Origin: an uncultured Thermus sp.
GTDB taxonomy: Bacteria; Deinococcota; Deinococci; Deinococcales; Thermaceae
Assembly (NCBI GenBank): GCA_947085095.1
Contig: CAMTVD010000006.1
Coordinates: forward strand, 1-64,000
Direction: 5' to 3'
Length of the DNA: 64,000 nucleotides
Part shown: in pieces, positions 30,501 through 40,337 of the stretch
How the letters are laid out: every line of letters begins with the position of its first letter
How positions within the stretch are numbered: the stretch's first letter is position 1
Position numbers and translations under genes: made by a program
Notes under the pieces: generated by a model
What the model was told of the DNA's origin: nothing
Databases searched by the model: none
Seen by the model: the letters and a program-made list of their open reading frames with translations, nothing else

Positions 30501-30562
30501 CCTTCCCATTCTGGTAGGCTTTGGGGGTTCCGTCAATGTGAGCCCCCCCACTTGCCGTGAAA

Positions 30563-30609
30563 GCCCAAGAAGTTGTAGTATCTAGGCCGCTAACCCCAAG
30601 ATGTGGGGG
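30563..30609 (+). promoter_or_regulatory. Tandem NrdR boxes over the RNR promoter
   Basis: gccCAAgAagTTGtag (30563) and cccCAAgATgTgGggg (30594), 31 bp apart; consensus acaCwAtATaTwGtgt. Confidence 0.75.
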
Positions 30610-30623
30610 AATAAGGAGGCATT

Positions 30624-33600
30624 ATGGAGCGCCATTTCTTTGACGAGCACGCCCAGGCCATCGCCAGAAGGCAGTATCTGCAACCCGGGGACGGGGATAT
30701 TTTAGGTATGTTCCGGCGCGTGGCCCGCGAGATCGCCAGGCCCGAAAGGCCCGAGGAGCGGGCTTTTTGGGAGGAAAAGTTTTACGAGCTCATGGCCACC
30801 AAGCGCTTCTCCCCCGGTGGGCGCATCCTGGCGGGGGCGGGCACGGCCCACGGCAACCTCCTCAACTGCTTCGTCCAGGGGGCCACGGAAAACCCCCCGG
30901 AAAGCTTCGCCGGCATCATGGAGGTGGCCAAGAAGCTGGCCCTGGTCACCAAGGTGGGGGGCGGGAACGGGGTGAACCTGGACCCCTACCGCTCCAAGGG
31001 AAAGCGCAAGCGGCAAGAGGTGCGGGGGGTGGCCTACCTCTCGGCGGAGCACCAGGACCTCGAGGACTTCCTCCGCGGCCTCATGCGCCCCCCCACCAAC
31101 CCCGAAGGGAAAAAGGAGGAGATCGCCCTCAAGAACTTCACCCGGGTGGTCTACGGGGAACTCTCGCCAGAGATGCGGGCCCTGGCGGAGCGCTACGGGG
31201 TCCTGGTGGTGAAGGAGCCCCCAGAGGAGCGCATCCTGGTGCCCGACGACATGGGGGGGATCGTGGAAGCGGCCAGAGAGGCCGCAGACCTGGCCCGCAA
31301 GGGCCTCACCGCCCACGTGGACTTCTCCCTCCTCAGGCCCGAAGGGGCCCCCATCCGGGGAAGCGGGGGGAGCTCATCCGGCCCCGTGAGCTTCCTCTTT
31401 GAGATCTTTGACAACTTCCTGGAGTGGGCCGCCCTGGGGGCGGAAGAGGCGGGCCCGGTGGCCACCCTGCGCTACGTGTACGCTCCGGTGCTCCGGGTGG
31501 TGAGGCAGGGGGGATGTCTCCATCCGGACACCCTGGTGCACACCGACCGAGGCACCCTCCGCCTCCGGGAGCTTCTGGACCCCTTCCGCCTGGGGTGGCA
31601 ACCCCACGCCCTTAGCGTGGCCACCGACGAGGGCTGGCGCCAAAGCCCCGAAGGGTACAACAACGGCATCGCCCAAACGCTCAAGGTTCGCCTAGAAAAC
31701 GGCCTGGAGATCCAGGGCACCCCCAACCACAAGCTCAAGGTCATCCGTCGGAACGGAGTCCGGGAGTGGGTGGAGCTTAAGGACCTGCAACCGGGGGACT
31801 GGGTGATCTGGCGTCTGGACGAGCACACGGGCACCCCGGTCCCCCTTTCCCCTCTTGAAGAACCTCTCCACCCCAACGCCAGGCCCATCCAAACGCCCCG
31901 GTACCTCAACGAGGCCTTGGCCTTCCTCCTAGGCTACTTCTACGGGGAAGGCTTCGTTAGCGGGGATCGGCTGGGGTTCTCCGTCCACGAGGACGAGCCC
32001 CTGGGGGAGGAGGTCAGGCGTCTTTTCCAGGAGCTCTTCGGCCTGGAGCTGAGGGAAGAGCGCCGCCCTGGGGACAAAAGCGTGACCCTCGTGGTCCGAA
32101 GTGCCCCCCTGGTGGCTTGGTTACGCCAAAACGGGCTCCTCAAGGGAAAGGCCAGGGAGCTGGAGGTGCCGAGAGCCATTCGCCAGAGCCCTAGGCCTGT
32201 CCTGGGAGCCTTCCTCCGGGGGCTTTTTGAGGCGGACGGCACCATAACCTCCGGCTACCCGATGCTGACCACCGCCTCCAGACGCCTGGCCCAGGACGTG
32301 ATGGTCCTCCTGGGGGGCTTGGGCATCCCCTCCAAGCTCCTCCGGTATAACCCCCTCCCCGGCCGCTTCTCCAAGGCCGAGCACTACCGGGTGCGGGTGG
32401 TCACCGCCAAGGGCCTGGAGCGCTATCTGGAACGGGTGGGGGTTCCCAAGGGGTCCCGCTTTGAAGCCCTTTACCACGCCAAACCGGACACCCGTAGGGA
32501 ATCCGCCTGGCCCCTCCCCCATGTCCAAGGGCTCCTCCAGCCCCTTTTGGAACACACCGTCCCTGGCAAGAAGGGAGCCCCTTCCCGCCTCACGCCCCTG
32601 CGCAAGGACCTCCTCCGCTACCTCAGGGGGGAGCGCCAGCTCACCGCCACGGGGTACACCCTCCTCACGGAGAAGGCGGAAGGCGAAGGGCTTCGGGCCG
32701 CACCCTTTGACTTCAGCGAGTACTACCTGCAGGTGGAAGGGGTGGAGGAGGGCGGTGAAATCCTCACCCTGGACCTCTCGGTGGAGGGCAACCACACCTA
32801 TTTGGCCAACGGCCTGGTAACCCACAACACCCGGAGAGGGGCGGGGATGGCCACCCTCTCCATTGACCACCCCGACCTCCTGGACTTCCTCACCGCCAAG
32901 GACCTAGACCGGGAGCGAGCCGAGGGGGATATCTCCACCTTCAACATCTCCGTCCTGGTCACCGAGGCCTTCATGGGCGCCCTGGAAAGGGACGAGCTCT
33001 GGCCCGTGACCCCAGTTGAGGTCCCCGGGAAGTACTACCCCCACCCCCTGGAAGGCCCCTACACCGGGGATATCCCCAAGCTCAAAGAGAGGGAGGACGG
33101 GGCCAAGCCCATCCCCCTCTACGGGGGCAAGGTGCCCGCCAAGTGGCTGTGGCACGAGATCGCCTGGCACGCCTGGGCCACGGGGGAGCCGGGCCTCATC
33201 TTCGTGGACCGCATCAACGAATTCTCCGCTTTGAAGGGGCTGGGGCCCCGCTACCAGATCCGCTCCACCAACCCCTGCTTCGTGGGCTCCACCCGCATCC
33301 CCACCGAGTTCGGCCTGGTGCCCATTGAGGAACTCGCCAAGAAGGGGGAAAGCTTCTTCCTGGTCACCGACCGCCGGGCCCCCTACGGCGGCCTGGGACT
33401 CCCCCAGGCCACCCAGGGCACGGTGGTGCGCAAGGCGGCCCGGGCCTTTTACACCGGGGTCAAGCCCGTGGTGCACCTCGCCACCCGGGAGGGCCTGGAG
33501 CTCACCCTCACCCCGGACCACCTCCTTCTGACCCCGGAGGGCTACCGGGAAGCGGGGAGCTTGAAGCCCGGGGACCGGATCCTGGTGCAAAGCGGCGAGG

Positions 33601-36065
33601 GGCTCTTCCCCAAGGAGGAGGCCCTGCCCGCCGCCGTCCTCGAGGTGGTCCAGGAGCGGGTGGCCACCGCAGGAGGTCGGGGAGGCCGAGGCCGCGCCGA
33701 CGTCCGGGCCCAGTACAGCCACCTCCCCACCCGCTGGAGCCGGGAGCTCGGGGTGGCTTTGGGCTGGCTTTTGGGCGACGGGTACCTGCGGGAGGACGGC
33801 GTGGGCTTCTACTTCTCCCGGCAGGACTTCGCCGCCCTTACCTGGCTTCCCGACCTTCTTCAGGACTGGTTTGGGGGCGGAAGCCTCCAGGAAACCCACT
33901 CCAACACCTACCACCTCCACTTCAAGCGCATCCCGGCGGATTTCTTCCAGGCCCTGGGGGTCAAACTGGCCAAGGCCACGGAAAAGCGGGTGCCGGAAAG
34001 CCTCTTCCGCGCTCCGAGGGAAGCGGTGGTGGGCTTCCTTCAGGGGCTCTTCAGCGCCGACGGCTCGGTGCAGATCAACCCCAGCAAGCAGGACGCCACA
34101 GTGCGCCTGGCCTCCTCCAGCAAGGGCCTTCTGCAAGACGTCCAGCTCCTCCTCCTCAACCTGGGGATCTACGGCAGGATCCACAAGCGTCGGGAAGCGG
34201 GCCAGAAAAACCTTCCCGACGGCAGGGGCGGGCTCAAGGCCTATCCCGTGGCCGCCCAGTACGAGCTCATCCTGGGCGCCGAGAACAGGGACCTTTTCGC
34301 CGAGATCGTGGGCTTCTTGCAGGAGGAGAAGCAGGCCAAACTCCTGGACTTCCTGCGGGATCGGCCTAAAGGGAGCTATCACAAGCCCTTCCTGGCCACC
34401 GTGGCCAGCGTGGAGCCCGTCGGCGAGGCCCCCGTTTACGACCTCACCGAACCTGTCACCCACAGCCTGGTGGCCAACGGCCTGGTGTGCCACAACTGCG
34501 GGGAAATTCCGCTCACCGTGGGTGAGCCCTGCGACCTGGGGGCCCTGAACCTGGCGGCCTACGTGAAGGACGGGGAGTTCCAGATGGAGGCCTTCCGCCA
34601 GGACGTGCGCACCGCCATCCGCTTCCTGGACAACGTCCTGGACGTGAACCAGTTCGCCCTCAAGGACAACGAGGAGGCGGCCCAAAAGCTCCGCCGCTTG
34701 GGCCTGGGGGTGATGGGTCTGGCGGACGCCCTCATCAAGATGGGCCTCCCCTACGCCTCGGAAGAGGCCCGCAAAAAGGTCTACGAGATCATCTCCGCCA
34801 TGCGGGAGGAGGCCATCAAGGCCTCGGAGGCCCTGGCCGAGGAGAGGGGCACCTTCCCCCTCTACGAGGAGCACCGGGACTACTTCCAGGCCCTGGGGAT
34901 CCAGCCTAGGCGCAACGTGGCCCTCCTCACCGTGGCCCCCACGGGGACCACCAGCATGCTCATGGGGGTGTCCTCGGGGATTGAGCCCGTCTTCAGCCCC
35001 TTTGTCTGGCGGCGCATCGGCTCGGAGTACAAGCCCCTCCTCCATCCCCTCTTCGTGGAGCTCATGGAGGCCTACCCCCCGGCTTCGGGCTACGCCAAAG
35101 GCGGAAAGTGGGACTGGGAAAAGATCGTGGAGGAGATCCAGAAGGACGGGCACGGCTCCGTGCAGAACCTCCCCTTCGTCCCCGAGCCCATCCGGAAGGT
35201 CTTCCAGTGCGCCCACGACATCCCACCCCTGGACCACGTGCGCATGCAGGGGGTGGTGCAGCGGGCCTTTGACGCCGAGGGGTACGCGGCCAACAGCATC
35301 TCCAAAACCATCAACCTGCCCAACCACGCCTCGGTGGAGGACGTGGAGGAGGCCTACTCCGAGGCCTACCGCACGGGGTGCAAGGGGATCACCGTCTACC
35401 GGGACGGCTCCCGGGAGTTCCAGGTGCTTACGGTGAAGAAGACCGCGGAAAAAGAAGCGAAGGACGAGGCGGTTTTGGTGAAGGAGATGGAAGAAGAGGC
35501 CTCCCCGTCCACCTCCAACCCCCACGTCCCCGCCTACACCCGCCCGGGCCGCCTCATGGGCTTCACGGACATGGTCAAGCTCCTCACCCCGGAAGGGACC
35601 AAGCGGAGCTTCTTGGTGACGGTGAACGTCCTGAACGGGCACCCCGTGGAGGTCATCCTCACCTCGGGCAAGGCGGGGGATGAGGCCAACGCCGACTCCG
35701 AGGCCCTGGGCCGGGTGGTCTCCATCGCCCTGCAGTACGGGGTGCCCCCGGAGGCCCTGGTGCGCACCCTGAGGGGCATCAACGGGGGGCTTTACGGCAC
35801 CTACCAGGGAAGGCTCGTTTCCAGCAAGGCGGACCTGATCGCCGTGGCCCTGGAGACCATCCCGGCGGAGCTCAAGGGCCCGGGGTCCAGGGTGGAGGCC
35901 CAGGGGGAGGCCGAAACCGCCCTTCCCACCCTCTCTGGGGGCGGGATCGGTCCCCTGCCTCTAGTTCCCGGTGCCAGCTCTTGCCCCGTTTGTGGGGAGA
36001 AGGCCCTGGTGCGGGAGGAAGGGTGCTGGAAGTGCCAGGTGTGCGGCTACAGCAAGTGCGGGTAA
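30624..36065 (+). CDS. nrdJ: Class II (B12-dependent) ribonucleotide reductase precursor with two inteins; about 968 aa after splicing
   Basis: QGG|TRRGAGM, NP|CGEIPL, RRLGLGVMG, VAPTGT, SISKTIN, KGITVYRDGSR, C-terminal CPVC...CQVC. Confidence 0.95.
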   Translation: MERHFFDEHAQAIARRQYLQPGDGDILGMFRRVAREIARPERPEERAFWEEKFYELMATKRFSPGGRILAGAGTAHGNLLNCFVQGATENPPESFAGIMEVAKKLALVTKVGGGNGVNLDPYRSKGKRKRQEVRGVAYLSAEHQDLEDFLRGLMRPPTNPEGKKEEIALKNFTRVVYGELSPEMRALAERYGVLVVKEPPEERILVPDDMGGIVEAAREAADLARKGLTAHVDFSLLRPEGAPIRGSGGSSSGPVSFLFEIFDNFLEWAALGAEEAGPVATLRYVYAPVLRVVRQGGCLHPDTLVHTDRGTLRLRELLDPFRLGWQPHALSVATDEGWRQSPEGYNNGIAQTLKVRLENGLEIQGTPNHKLKVIRRNGVREWVELKDLQPGDWVIWRLDEHTGTPVPLSPLEEPLHPNARPIQTPRYLNEALAFLLGYFYGEGFVSGDRLGFSVHEDEPLGEEVRRLFQELFGLELREERRPGDKSVTLVVRSAPLVAWLRQNGLLKGKARELEVPRAIRQSPRPVLGAFLRGLFEADGTITSGYPMLTTASRRLAQDVMVLLGGLGIPSKLLRYNPLPGRFSKAEHYRVRVVTAKGLERYLERVGVPKGSRFEALYHAKPDTRRESAWPLPHVQGLLQPLLEHTVPGKKGAPSRLTPLRKDLLRYLRGERQLTATGYTLLTEKAEGEGLRAAPFDFSEYYLQVEGVEEGGEILTLDLSVEGNHTYLANGLVTHNTRRGAGMATLSIDHPDLLDFLTAKDLDRERAEGDISTFNISVLVTEAFMGALERDELWPVTPVEVPGKYYPHPLEGPYTGDIPKLKEREDGAKPIPLYGGKVPAKWLWHEIAWHAWATGEPGLIFVDRINEFSALKGLGPRYQIRSTNPCFVGSTRIPTEFGLVPIEELAKKGESFFLVTDRRAPYGGLGLPQATQGTVVRKAARAFYTGVKPVVHLATREGLELTLTPDHLLLTPEGYREAGSLKPGDRILVQSGEGLFPKEEALPAAVLEVVQERVATAGGRGGRGRADVRAQYSHLPTRWSRELGVALGWLLGDGYLREDGVGFYFSRQDFAALTWLPDLLQDWFGGGSLQETHSNTYHLHFKRIPADFFQALGVKLAKATEKRVPESLFRAPREAVVGFLQGLFSADGSVQINPSKQDATVRLASSSKGLLQDVQLLLLNLGIYGRIHKRREAGQKNLPDGRGGLKAYPVAAQYELILGAENRDLFAEIVGFLQEEKQAKLLDFLRDRPKGSYHKPFLATVASVEPVGEAPVYDLTEPVTHSLVANGLVCHNCGEIPLTVGEPCDLGALNLAAYVKDGEFQMEAFRQDVRTAIRFLDNVLDVNQFALKDNEEAAQKLRRLGLGVMGLADALIKMGLPYASEEARKKVYEIISAMREEAIKASEALAEERGTFPLYEEHRDYFQALGIQPRRNVALLTVAPTGTTSMLMGVSSGIEPVFSPFVWRRIGSEYKPLLHPLFVELMEAYPPASGYAKGGKWDWEKIVEEIQKDGHGSVQNLPFVPEPIRKVFQCAHDIPPLDHVRMQGVVQRAFDAEGYAANSISKTINLPNHASVEDVEEAYSEAYRTGCKGITVYRDGSREFQVLTVKKTAEKEAKDEAVLVKEMEEEASPSTSNPHVPAYTRPGRLMGFTDMVKLLTPEGTKRSFLVTVNVLNGHPVEVILTSGKAGDEANADSEALGRVVSIALQYGVPPEALVRTLRGINGGLYGTYQGRLVSSKADLIAVALETIPAELKGPGSRVEAQGEAETALPTLSGGGIGPLPLVPGASSCPVCGEKALVREEGCWKCQVCGYSKCG
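31515..32828 (+). mobile_element. Intein 1 (438 aa) with LAGLIDADG homing endonuclease
   Basis: Starts CLHPDTLV; block B GTPNH; LLGYFYGEG and LRGLFEADG; ends NGLVTHN|T. Confidence 0.95.
33276..34496 (+). mobile_element. Intein 2 (407 aa) with LAGLIDADG homing endonuclease
   Basis: Starts CFVGSTRI; block B LTPDH; LGWLLGDG and LQGLFSADG; ends NGLVCHN|C. Confidence 0.95.
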
Positions 36066-36655
36066 AGATCTGCGGCCTGACCCGCCTCGAGGACGCCCTC
36101 CTCGCCGAGTCCTTGGGGGCCTGGGCCCTGGGCTTCGTTCTGGCCCCGGGCTCCAAGAGGCGGGTCTCCGCCGCAAGGGCCCGGGAAATCGCCAAAGCCC
36201 TGGGGCCCTTCGTGGTGCGGGTGGGGGTCTTCCGGGACCAAGGCCCCGAGGAGGTCCTCCGCCTCATGGAGGAGGGCCGCCTCCAGGTGGCCCAGCTCCA
36301 CGGGCGCGAGCCCCCGGAGTGGGCGGAGCGGGTGGGCCTGTTCTTCCCCGTCATCAAGGCCTTCGCCCTGGAAGGCCCCGCAAAGCCCGAGTGGGCGGAC
36401 TATCCGGCCAGCGCCCTCCTCCTGGACAGCCAGAATCCGGGAAGCGGCCAGGGCTACCCCAGGGAGTGGGCCACGCCCCTCCTCCAGACCGGCAAACGGG
36501 TCATCCTGGCGGGAGGGATTGGGCCGGAAAACCTGGAGGAGGTCCTGGCCCTGAGGCCCTACGCCATAGACCTGGCCAGCAGCGTGGAGGAGGCCCCGGG
36601 AATCAAGAGCGAGGCCAAGCTGAAGACCCTCTTCGCCCGTATGATGGGAGGGTGA
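36056..36655 (+). CDS. trpF: Phosphoribosylanthranilate isomerase
   Basis: RVKICGLT, QLHGRE, LLLDS, LAGG, SSVEEAPGIK. Confidence 0.95.
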   Translation: MRVKICGLTRLEDALLAESLGAWALGFVLAPGSKRRVSAARAREIAKALGPFVVRVGVFRDQGPEEVLRLMEEGRLQVAQLHGREPPEWAERVGLFFPVIKAFALEGPAKPEWADYPASALLLDSQNPGSGQGYPREWATPLLQTGKRVILAGGIGPENLEEVLALRPYAIDLASSVEEAPGIKSEAKLKTLFARMMGG

Positions 36656-37443
36656 TCGGCAGGAGGCACCCCTTTCTTCCCCACCTTTGGGCCATGCTGG
36701 AGGCGGCCCACCTGGCCCGGGGCATCCACCTCTACTACCTGGAAAAGGGCTTCACCCAGGGCACTAAGTCGGGCCCCACGGACCTGGTGACCCAGGCGGA
36801 CCGGGAGTCGGAGGAGGCCATCAAGGAGCTTCTCTTAAGCCGCTTCCCCGAGGCGGGCTTCCTGGGCGAGGAAGGGGGAAGTGAGGGGGGCAGGGCCCTC
36901 CGCTTCATCGTGGACCCCCTGGACGGCACGGTGAACTACGCCCACGGCTTCCCCTTCTACGGGGTCTCCATCGCCCTCGAGGCCGAGGGGGTCATCCAGG
37001 CGGGGGTGGTCATGGACACCGCCCGGGGGGAGACCTTCTACGCCCTGAGGGGCGAGGGGGCCTACCTGGACGGCAGGCCCATCCGGGTCACGGAAAGGGC
37101 CGAGCTTTTGGGAAGCCTGCTGGCCACGGGCTTCCCTTACGATGTGGCCAGGGATGCGGAGAACCTCACCTACTTCACCCGGGCCCTGAGGCGGGGGCTT
37201 TTGGTGCGCCGCCCCGGGGCCGCCGCCCTGGACCTGGCCTACGTGGCCGCGGGCCGGCTGGAGGGCTTCTGGGAGGTGAAGCCGAACCCCTGGGACGTGG
37301 CCGCGGGCTGGCTATTGGTGGAGGAGGCGGGGGGAAGGGTCACGGACCTCGAGGGGAAGCCCTACCGCCTGGGCCACCGCTACATCGTGGCCAGCAACGG
37401 CAGGGTGCACCAGGCCCTTCTGGAGGCCCTGCTCTCTGACTAA
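36652..37443 (+). CDS. suhB: Inositol monophosphatase family protein
   Basis: DLVTQAD, GEEG, VDPLDGTVNY, WDVAAG. Confidence 0.92.
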   Translation: MIGRRHPFLPHLWAMLEAAHLARGIHLYYLEKGFTQGTKSGPTDLVTQADRESEEAIKELLLSRFPEAGFLGEEGGSEGGRALRFIVDPLDGTVNYAHGFPFYGVSIALEAEGVIQAGVVMDTARGETFYALRGEGAYLDGRPIRVTERAELLGSLLATGFPYDVARDAENLTYFTRALRRGLLVRRPGAAALDLAYVAAGRLEGFWEVKPNPWDVAAGWLLVEEAGGRVTDLEGKPYRLGHRYIVASNGRVHQALLEALLSD

Positions 37444-37452
37444 AATCGGGGT

Positions 37453-37932
37453 ATGGACCTCGAGGCCAAGAAGAAAGTCCTGCGGAGCTTCACCTACGGG
37501 CTCTACCTCCTCACGGCGAGGGACGGCGAGGAGGTGGCCGCCGGGACGGTGAACTGGGTGACCCAGGCCTCCTTCCAGCCCCCCCTCATCGCCCTGGGGG
37601 TCAAGGGGGATAGCCGCCTCCACGTCCTCATAGAGGGCACGGGGAGGCTCGCCCTCATGACCCTGGCCCAGGACCAGAAGGGGATCGCCCAGGACTTCTT
37701 CAAGCCCACGATACGGGAAGGGGACCGGCTCAACGGCCACCCCTTTGAGCCCTCCCCCACCTTCGGCCTCCCCCTCCTCACGGAACTCCCCTACTGGCTG
37801 GAGGCCGAGGTGCGCCACCTCTACAAGGGCGGGGATCACAGCCTGGTGGTGGCCCAGGTGGTGGAGGCCGGGGTGCGCTACGAGGCCAAGCCCCTGGTGA
37901 TGTGGGACACGGGCTGGTTCTACGGAGGCTAG
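37453..37932 (+). CDS. Flavin reductase-like FMN-binding protein
   Basis: YGLYLLT, WVTQASFQPP, GDHSLV. Confidence 0.9.
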   Translation: MDLEAKKKVLRSFTYGLYLLTARDGEEVAAGTVNWVTQASFQPPLIALGVKGDSRLHVLIEGTGRLALMTLAQDQKGIAQDFFKPTIREGDRLNGHPFEPSPTFGLPLLTELPYWLEAEVRHLYKGGDHSLVVAQVVEAGVRYEAKPLVMWDTGWFYGG

Positions 37933-38303
37933 AGGACGGCGATCTCCACCTCCCGCCCCTCGGGCAGGAGGAAGGCCCGGAAGCCATCGGTGCCGAAGAT
38001 CACGTAGGGCACCCGCCAGCGGGCCTCCTTGAGGTCCGTGGGGCTGGGGAAGGCCGGGCCCCGGGGATGGGAGTGGTAGATGGCCAGAAGCTCAAGGCCC
38101 TCCCTTTCCAGCTCCCTAAGGGCCTTCAAAAGGGCCAGGGGCTCCGCCAGGTAGCCGCTTAGGGGGTTCGGGTGGACGTTGGGCAAGGGGATGACCCTCT
38201 CCACCTCCCGCCTGCCCGCCCAAAGCCCCACCCCTTCCTTGGGGAACTCCCGCTTAAGGTGGTCCTCGGTGGCCTGAAGGAGCCCGCGCGGCACGTAGAG
38301 CAT
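37929..38303 (-). CDS. JAMM/MPN+ metalloprotease
   Basis: PKEGVG and YHSHPRGPAFPSPTD (E...HSH-x7-S-x2-D). Confidence 0.92.
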   Translation of the reverse strand: MLYVPRGLLQATEDHLKREFPKEGVGLWAGRREVERVIPLPNVHPNPLSGYLAEPLALLKALRELEREGLELLAIYHSHPRGPAFPSPTDLKEARWRVPYVIFGTDGFRAFLLPEGREVEIAVL

Positions 38304-38359
38304 CCGGGACAATCGCCCCCTTTCCGGCCCTATACTATGGGCACCAAGAGGGAGGGACC

Positions 38360-40336
38360 ATGATCCGAACCGTCGCCCTGGTGGGCCATGCGCAAAGCGG
38401 CAAAACCACCCTAACGGAAGCCCTTCTCTACAAAACGGGGGCCAAGGACCGCATGGGCCGGGTGGAGGACGGCACCACCACCACGGACTATACCCCCGAG
38501 GCCAAGCTCCACCGCACCACGGTGCGCACCGGGGTGGCCCCCTTGCGCCACAGGGGGCACCGCATCTTCCTCCTGGACGCCCCCGGCTACGGGGACTTCG
38601 TGGGGGAGATCCGGGGGGCCCTCGAGGCCGCCGACGCCGCCCTGGTGGCCGTGTCCGCGGAAAACGGGGTCCAGGTGGGCACGGAGAGGGCCTGGACCGT
38701 GGCCGAGCGCCTGGGCCTCCCCCGGATGGTGGTGGTCACCAAGCTGGACAAGGGTGGGGACTACTACGCCCTCCTGGAAAGCCTCCGGAGCACCCTGGGC
38801 CACATCCTCCCCATAGACCTCCCCCTCTACGAGGGGGGCAGGTGGGTGGGGCTCATTGACGTCTTCCACGGGAAGGCCTACCGCTATGGGAACGGGGAGG
38901 AGGTGGAGGTCCCCATCCCCGAAGAGGAGCGGGAAAAAGCCCTCCGATTCCGGCAGGAGGTCTTGGAGGCCATCGTGGAGACGGACGAAACCCTTCTGGA
39001 GAAGTACCTGGAGGGGGAGGAGGTCTCGGGAGCGGCCCTGGAGAAGGCCTTCCACGAGGCGGTGCGCCAGGGCCTCCTCTACCCCGTGGCCCTGGCCTCT
39101 GGGCCCACCGGCATCGGGGTCCTGCCCCTATTGGACCTGATCCTCGAGGCCCTCCCCTCCCCCGAGGAGCGCTTCGGGAACGGCGCGCCCCTCGCCAAGG
39201 TCTTCAAGGTGCAGGTGGACCCCTTCATGGGCCAGGTGGCCTACGTGCGCCTCTACCGGGGAAGGCTCAAGCCCGGGGACACCCTCATGAGCGAGGCGGG
39301 GACCATCCGCCTTCCCCACCTCTACGTGCCCATGGGCAAGGACCTCCTGGAGGTGGAGGAGGCGGAGGCGGGCTACATCCTGGGCCTCCCCAAGGCGGAA
39401 AACCTCCACCGGGGCATGGTCCTCTGGCAGGGGGAAAGGCCGGAGAGCGAGGCGGTGCCCTTCGCCCGCCTCCCCGAGCCCAACGTGCCCGTGGCCATCC
39501 ACCCCAAGGGGCGCACGGACGAGGCCAAGCTGGGGGAGGCCCTGAGGAAGCTTTTGGAGGAGGACCCGAGCCTCAGGCTGGAGCGGCAGGAGGAAACGGG
39601 GGAGCTCCTCCTTTGGGGCCACGGGGAGCTCCACCTCACCACCGCCAAAGAGCGCCTTTCCGACTACGGGGTGGAGGTGGAGTTCTCCGTGCCCAAGGTC
39701 CCCTACCGGGAGACCATCAAGAGGGTGGCGGAGGGGCAGGGCAAGTACAAGAAGCAGACCGGGGGGCACGGCCAGTACGGGGATGTCTGGCTCCGCCTGG
39801 AGCCCGCCCCCGAGTACAGCTTTGAGTGGCGCATCACCGGGGGGGTCATCCCCTCCAAGTACCAGGAGGCCATTGAGGAAGGGATCAGGGAGGCCGCCAA
39901 GAAAGGGGTCCTGGCGGGCTATCCCGTCATGGGCTTCAAGGCCATCGTCTACAACGGCTCCTACCACGAGGTGGACTCCTCGGACCTGGCCTTCCAGATC
40001 GCCGCCAGCATGGCCTTCAAGAAGGTGATGGAGCTGGCGAACCCTGTCCTCCTGGAACCCATCTACCAGATCAGGGTCCTGGCCCCCCAGGAGCGGGTGG
40101 GGGACATCCTCTCCGACCTCCAGGCGAGGCGGGGGCGGATCCTGGGCATGGAGCAGGAGGGGGCCCTGGCGGCGGTGCGGGCCGAGGTGCCCCTTTCTGA
40201 GGTCCTGGAGTACTACAAAACCCTTCCCAGCCTCACGGGCGGGGCCGGGGCCTACACCCTGGAGTTCAGCCACTACCAGGAGGTTCCCCCGCCCCTCGCC
40301 CAGAGGATCATCCAGAGCCGGGCCCAGGAGGGCTGA
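38360..40336 (+). CDS. Elongation factor G paralog (EF-G2)
   Basis: EF-G layout (GELHL, KKQTGGHGQYG, GSYHEVDSS) with divergent G motifs GHAQSGKT, DAPGY, TKLD. Confidence 0.93.
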   Translation: MIRTVALVGHAQSGKTTLTEALLYKTGAKDRMGRVEDGTTTTDYTPEAKLHRTTVRTGVAPLRHRGHRIFLLDAPGYGDFVGEIRGALEAADAALVAVSAENGVQVGTERAWTVAERLGLPRMVVVTKLDKGGDYYALLESLRSTLGHILPIDLPLYEGGRWVGLIDVFHGKAYRYGNGEEVEVPIPEEEREKALRFRQEVLEAIVETDETLLEKYLEGEEVSGAALEKAFHEAVRQGLLYPVALASGPTGIGVLPLLDLILEALPSPEERFGNGAPLAKVFKVQVDPFMGQVAYVRLYRGRLKPGDTLMSEAGTIRLPHLYVPMGKDLLEVEEAEAGYILGLPKAENLHRGMVLWQGERPESEAVPFARLPEPNVPVAIHPKGRTDEAKLGEALRKLLEEDPSLRLERQEETGELLLWGHGELHLTTAKERLSDYGVEVEFSVPKVPYRETIKRVAEGQGKYKKQTGGHGQYGDVWLRLEPAPEYSFEWRITGGVIPSKYQEAIEEGIREAAKKGVLAGYPVMGFKAIVYNGSYHEVDSSDLAFQIAASMAFKKVMELANPVLLEPIYQIRVLAPQERVGDILSDLQARRGRILGMEQEGALAAVRAEVPLSEVLEYYKTLPSLTGGAGAYTLEFSHYQEVPPPLAQRIIQSRAQEG

Positions 40337-40337
40337 G

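Noticed and set aside
30501..30623. Cobalamin riboswitch before the B12-dependent RNR
   Set aside because: The region is too short, no B12 box is recognisable, and NrdR boxes and promoters explain it.
32904..35642. 912-aa minus-strand ORF, and similar long antisense ORFs over pyrG, EF-G2, ppsA and glyA
   Set aside because: Shadow frames of high-GC genes; no motifs, and they lie opposite well-supported genes.
35971..36651. Apparent long N-terminal extension of suhB
   Set aside because: It is an alternate frame of the nrdJ end and trpF; suhB similarity begins near GTG 36652.
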